Assembly (NCBI GenBank): GCA_031372565.1
Contig: JANMLN010000041.1
Span: forward strand, 1-16,198
Source of the DNA: Gemmatimonadota bacterium
Lineage (GTDB): Bacteria > Gemmatimonadota > Gemmatimonadetes > Gemmatimonadales > Gemmatimonadaceae
Length of the DNA stretch: 16,198 nt
Direction: 5' to 3'
Of this stretch, positions 15,138 through 16,198 are shown in pieces. Numbering within the stretch: the stretch's first letter is position 1; every line of letters starts with the position of its first letter. The notes beneath the pieces are model-generated. The model searched no databases. It saw only the letters and a program-made list of their open reading frames with translations, and was not told the DNA's origin. The translations under genes and the position numbers were made by a program.

Positions 15138-16198
15138 TCATGGCGGCAGCGCGGCCAGCCGCGCCCGCACCCGCCCCGCCAGCTCCGCCCCCACCCGCGC
15201 CCGCACCACGATCACGTCATCCTCCGTGATCTGCTCCACCACTTCCCCACCCCGGTACAGCTCCGCCAGCGTGCGACCGTCCGCCGCCGGCACCCGGAAC
15301 TCCTGCACCGGCCGGCTCGCCTGCTGCAACTCCAGCAGCCGCGCGCGCAGCGTCTCGAGCCCGCCCGGATTGACCGCCGACACGAACACCGACCCCGGGA
15401 TCAGCTCCGCCATCCGGGCCTGCATCGCCTCGACCTGCTCCGGCGGCAGCAAGTCCATCTTGTTGAACACGTGCACCACCGGCGTGTCGTGCACCCCAAG
15501 GTCGGCCAGCACTTCGTCGACCACCTCGCGGTGCTCCTCCCAGGCTGGGTCGCTGGCGTCGATGACGTGCAGCAGCACGGCGGCCTCGGTCACCTCCTCG
15601 AGCGTGGCCCGGAAACTCGCCACCAGGTGGTGCGGCAGCTTCCGGATGAACCCCACGGTGTCGGTGACCAGCACGTGCGCCGTGTCGCCCACGATCACCT
15701 CGCGGGTGAGCGGGTCGAGCGTCGCGAACAGCCGGTCCTCCACGAAGATGTCCTGCTGCCCCGAAAGCCCGCGCAGCACGCTCGACTTGCCGGCATTCGT
15801 GTAGCCCACGAGCGCGGTGCGAAACGCGTCCTTCCGGCCGGCACGCTGCACGGCCCGCGAGCGAGTGACGTCGGCCAGCTTGTCCTTGAGCACGCGCAGC
15901 CGGTGGCCGATCAGCCGGCGGTCGGTCTCCAGCTGCGTCTCGCCCGGACCGCGCATGCCGATGCCGCCCCGGAACTTCTCGAGGTGGGTCCACATGCGCG
16001 TGAGGCGCGGCAGCAGGTAGTTGAGTTGCGCGAGCTCCACCTGCATCTTCGCCTCCGCGCTCCGGGCCCGCACGGCGAAGATGTCGAGAATGAGCTCGGC
16101 GCGATCCATCACCCGCTTCCCCACCGCATCCTCGATCGCCTTGCCCTGCGCCGGCGAGAGCTCGTCGTCGAAGAGGATCAGCAACGCATTCTTCTCGG
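15138..16198 (-). CDS. hflX: GTPase HflX (5' end outside window)
   Basis: Frame is open to the window edge. FDDELSPAQ, LILDIFAVRARSAEAKMQVELAQL, GIGMRGPGETQLETDRR, G1 GYTNAGKS, G2 FATLD, G3 DTVGFI, G4 NKMD. Confidence 0.98.
   Translation of the reverse strand, partial: EKNALLILFDDELSPAQGKAIEDAVGKRVMDRAELILDIFAVRARSAEAKMQVELAQLNYLLPRLTRMWTHLEKFRGGIGMRGPGETQLETDRRLIGHRLRVLKDKLADVTRSRAVQRAGRKDAFRTALVGYTNAGKSSVLRGLSGQQDIFVEDRLFATLDPLTREVIVGDTAHVLVTDTVGFIRKLPHHLVASFRATLEEVTEAAVLLHVIDASDPAWEEHREVVDEVLADLGVHDTPVVHVFNKMDLLPPEQVEAMQARMAELIPGSVFVSAVNPGGLETLRARLLELQQASRPVQEFRVPAADGRTLAELYRGGEVVEQITEDDVIVVRARVGAELAGRVRARLAALPP

Noticed and set aside
1..16198. CRISPR arrays, tRNA/rRNA genes, IS elements, integrases, defence systems
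   Set aside because: No regularly spaced repeats, cloverleafs, terminal inverted repeats or matching protein motifs were seen. Nearly all bases are accounted for by the listed CDSs.

Overview
GC-rich bacterial chromosome segment. The HflX sequence and gene style suggest Gemmatimonadota, but this is an unchecked impression. The window holds a divergently organised Wzx/Wzy-type surface-polysaccharide locus that abuts the 3' part of hflX. The left arm (minus strand) encodes a class I SAM methyltransferase, a Wzy-like polymerase, two extended-SDR epimerase/dehydratases, an AsnB-type amidotransferase, a WbuB-like GT4, a GNAT and a DegT/DnrJ aminotransferase. The aminotransferase runs off the left edge and is missing from the ORF track. 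The right arm (plus strand) encodes a Wzx flippase, a GT4, a CapD/PglF/WbpM-type 4,6-dehydratase and a PQQ-repeat beta-propeller lipoprotein, followed by convergent hflX (5'-truncated by the window). The gene families are all known, and I see no mobile element, CRISPR array or RNA gene. The least-explained signals are regulatory. Two copies of a CRP/FNR-type palindrome (GTGAC-N4-GTCAC) bracket the central MTase-wzy/wzx-GT4 cassette, each upstream of a nucleotide-sugar module. A terminator-like hairpin is built over the wzy stop codon, and a possible switchable RNA structure lies in the capD leader.
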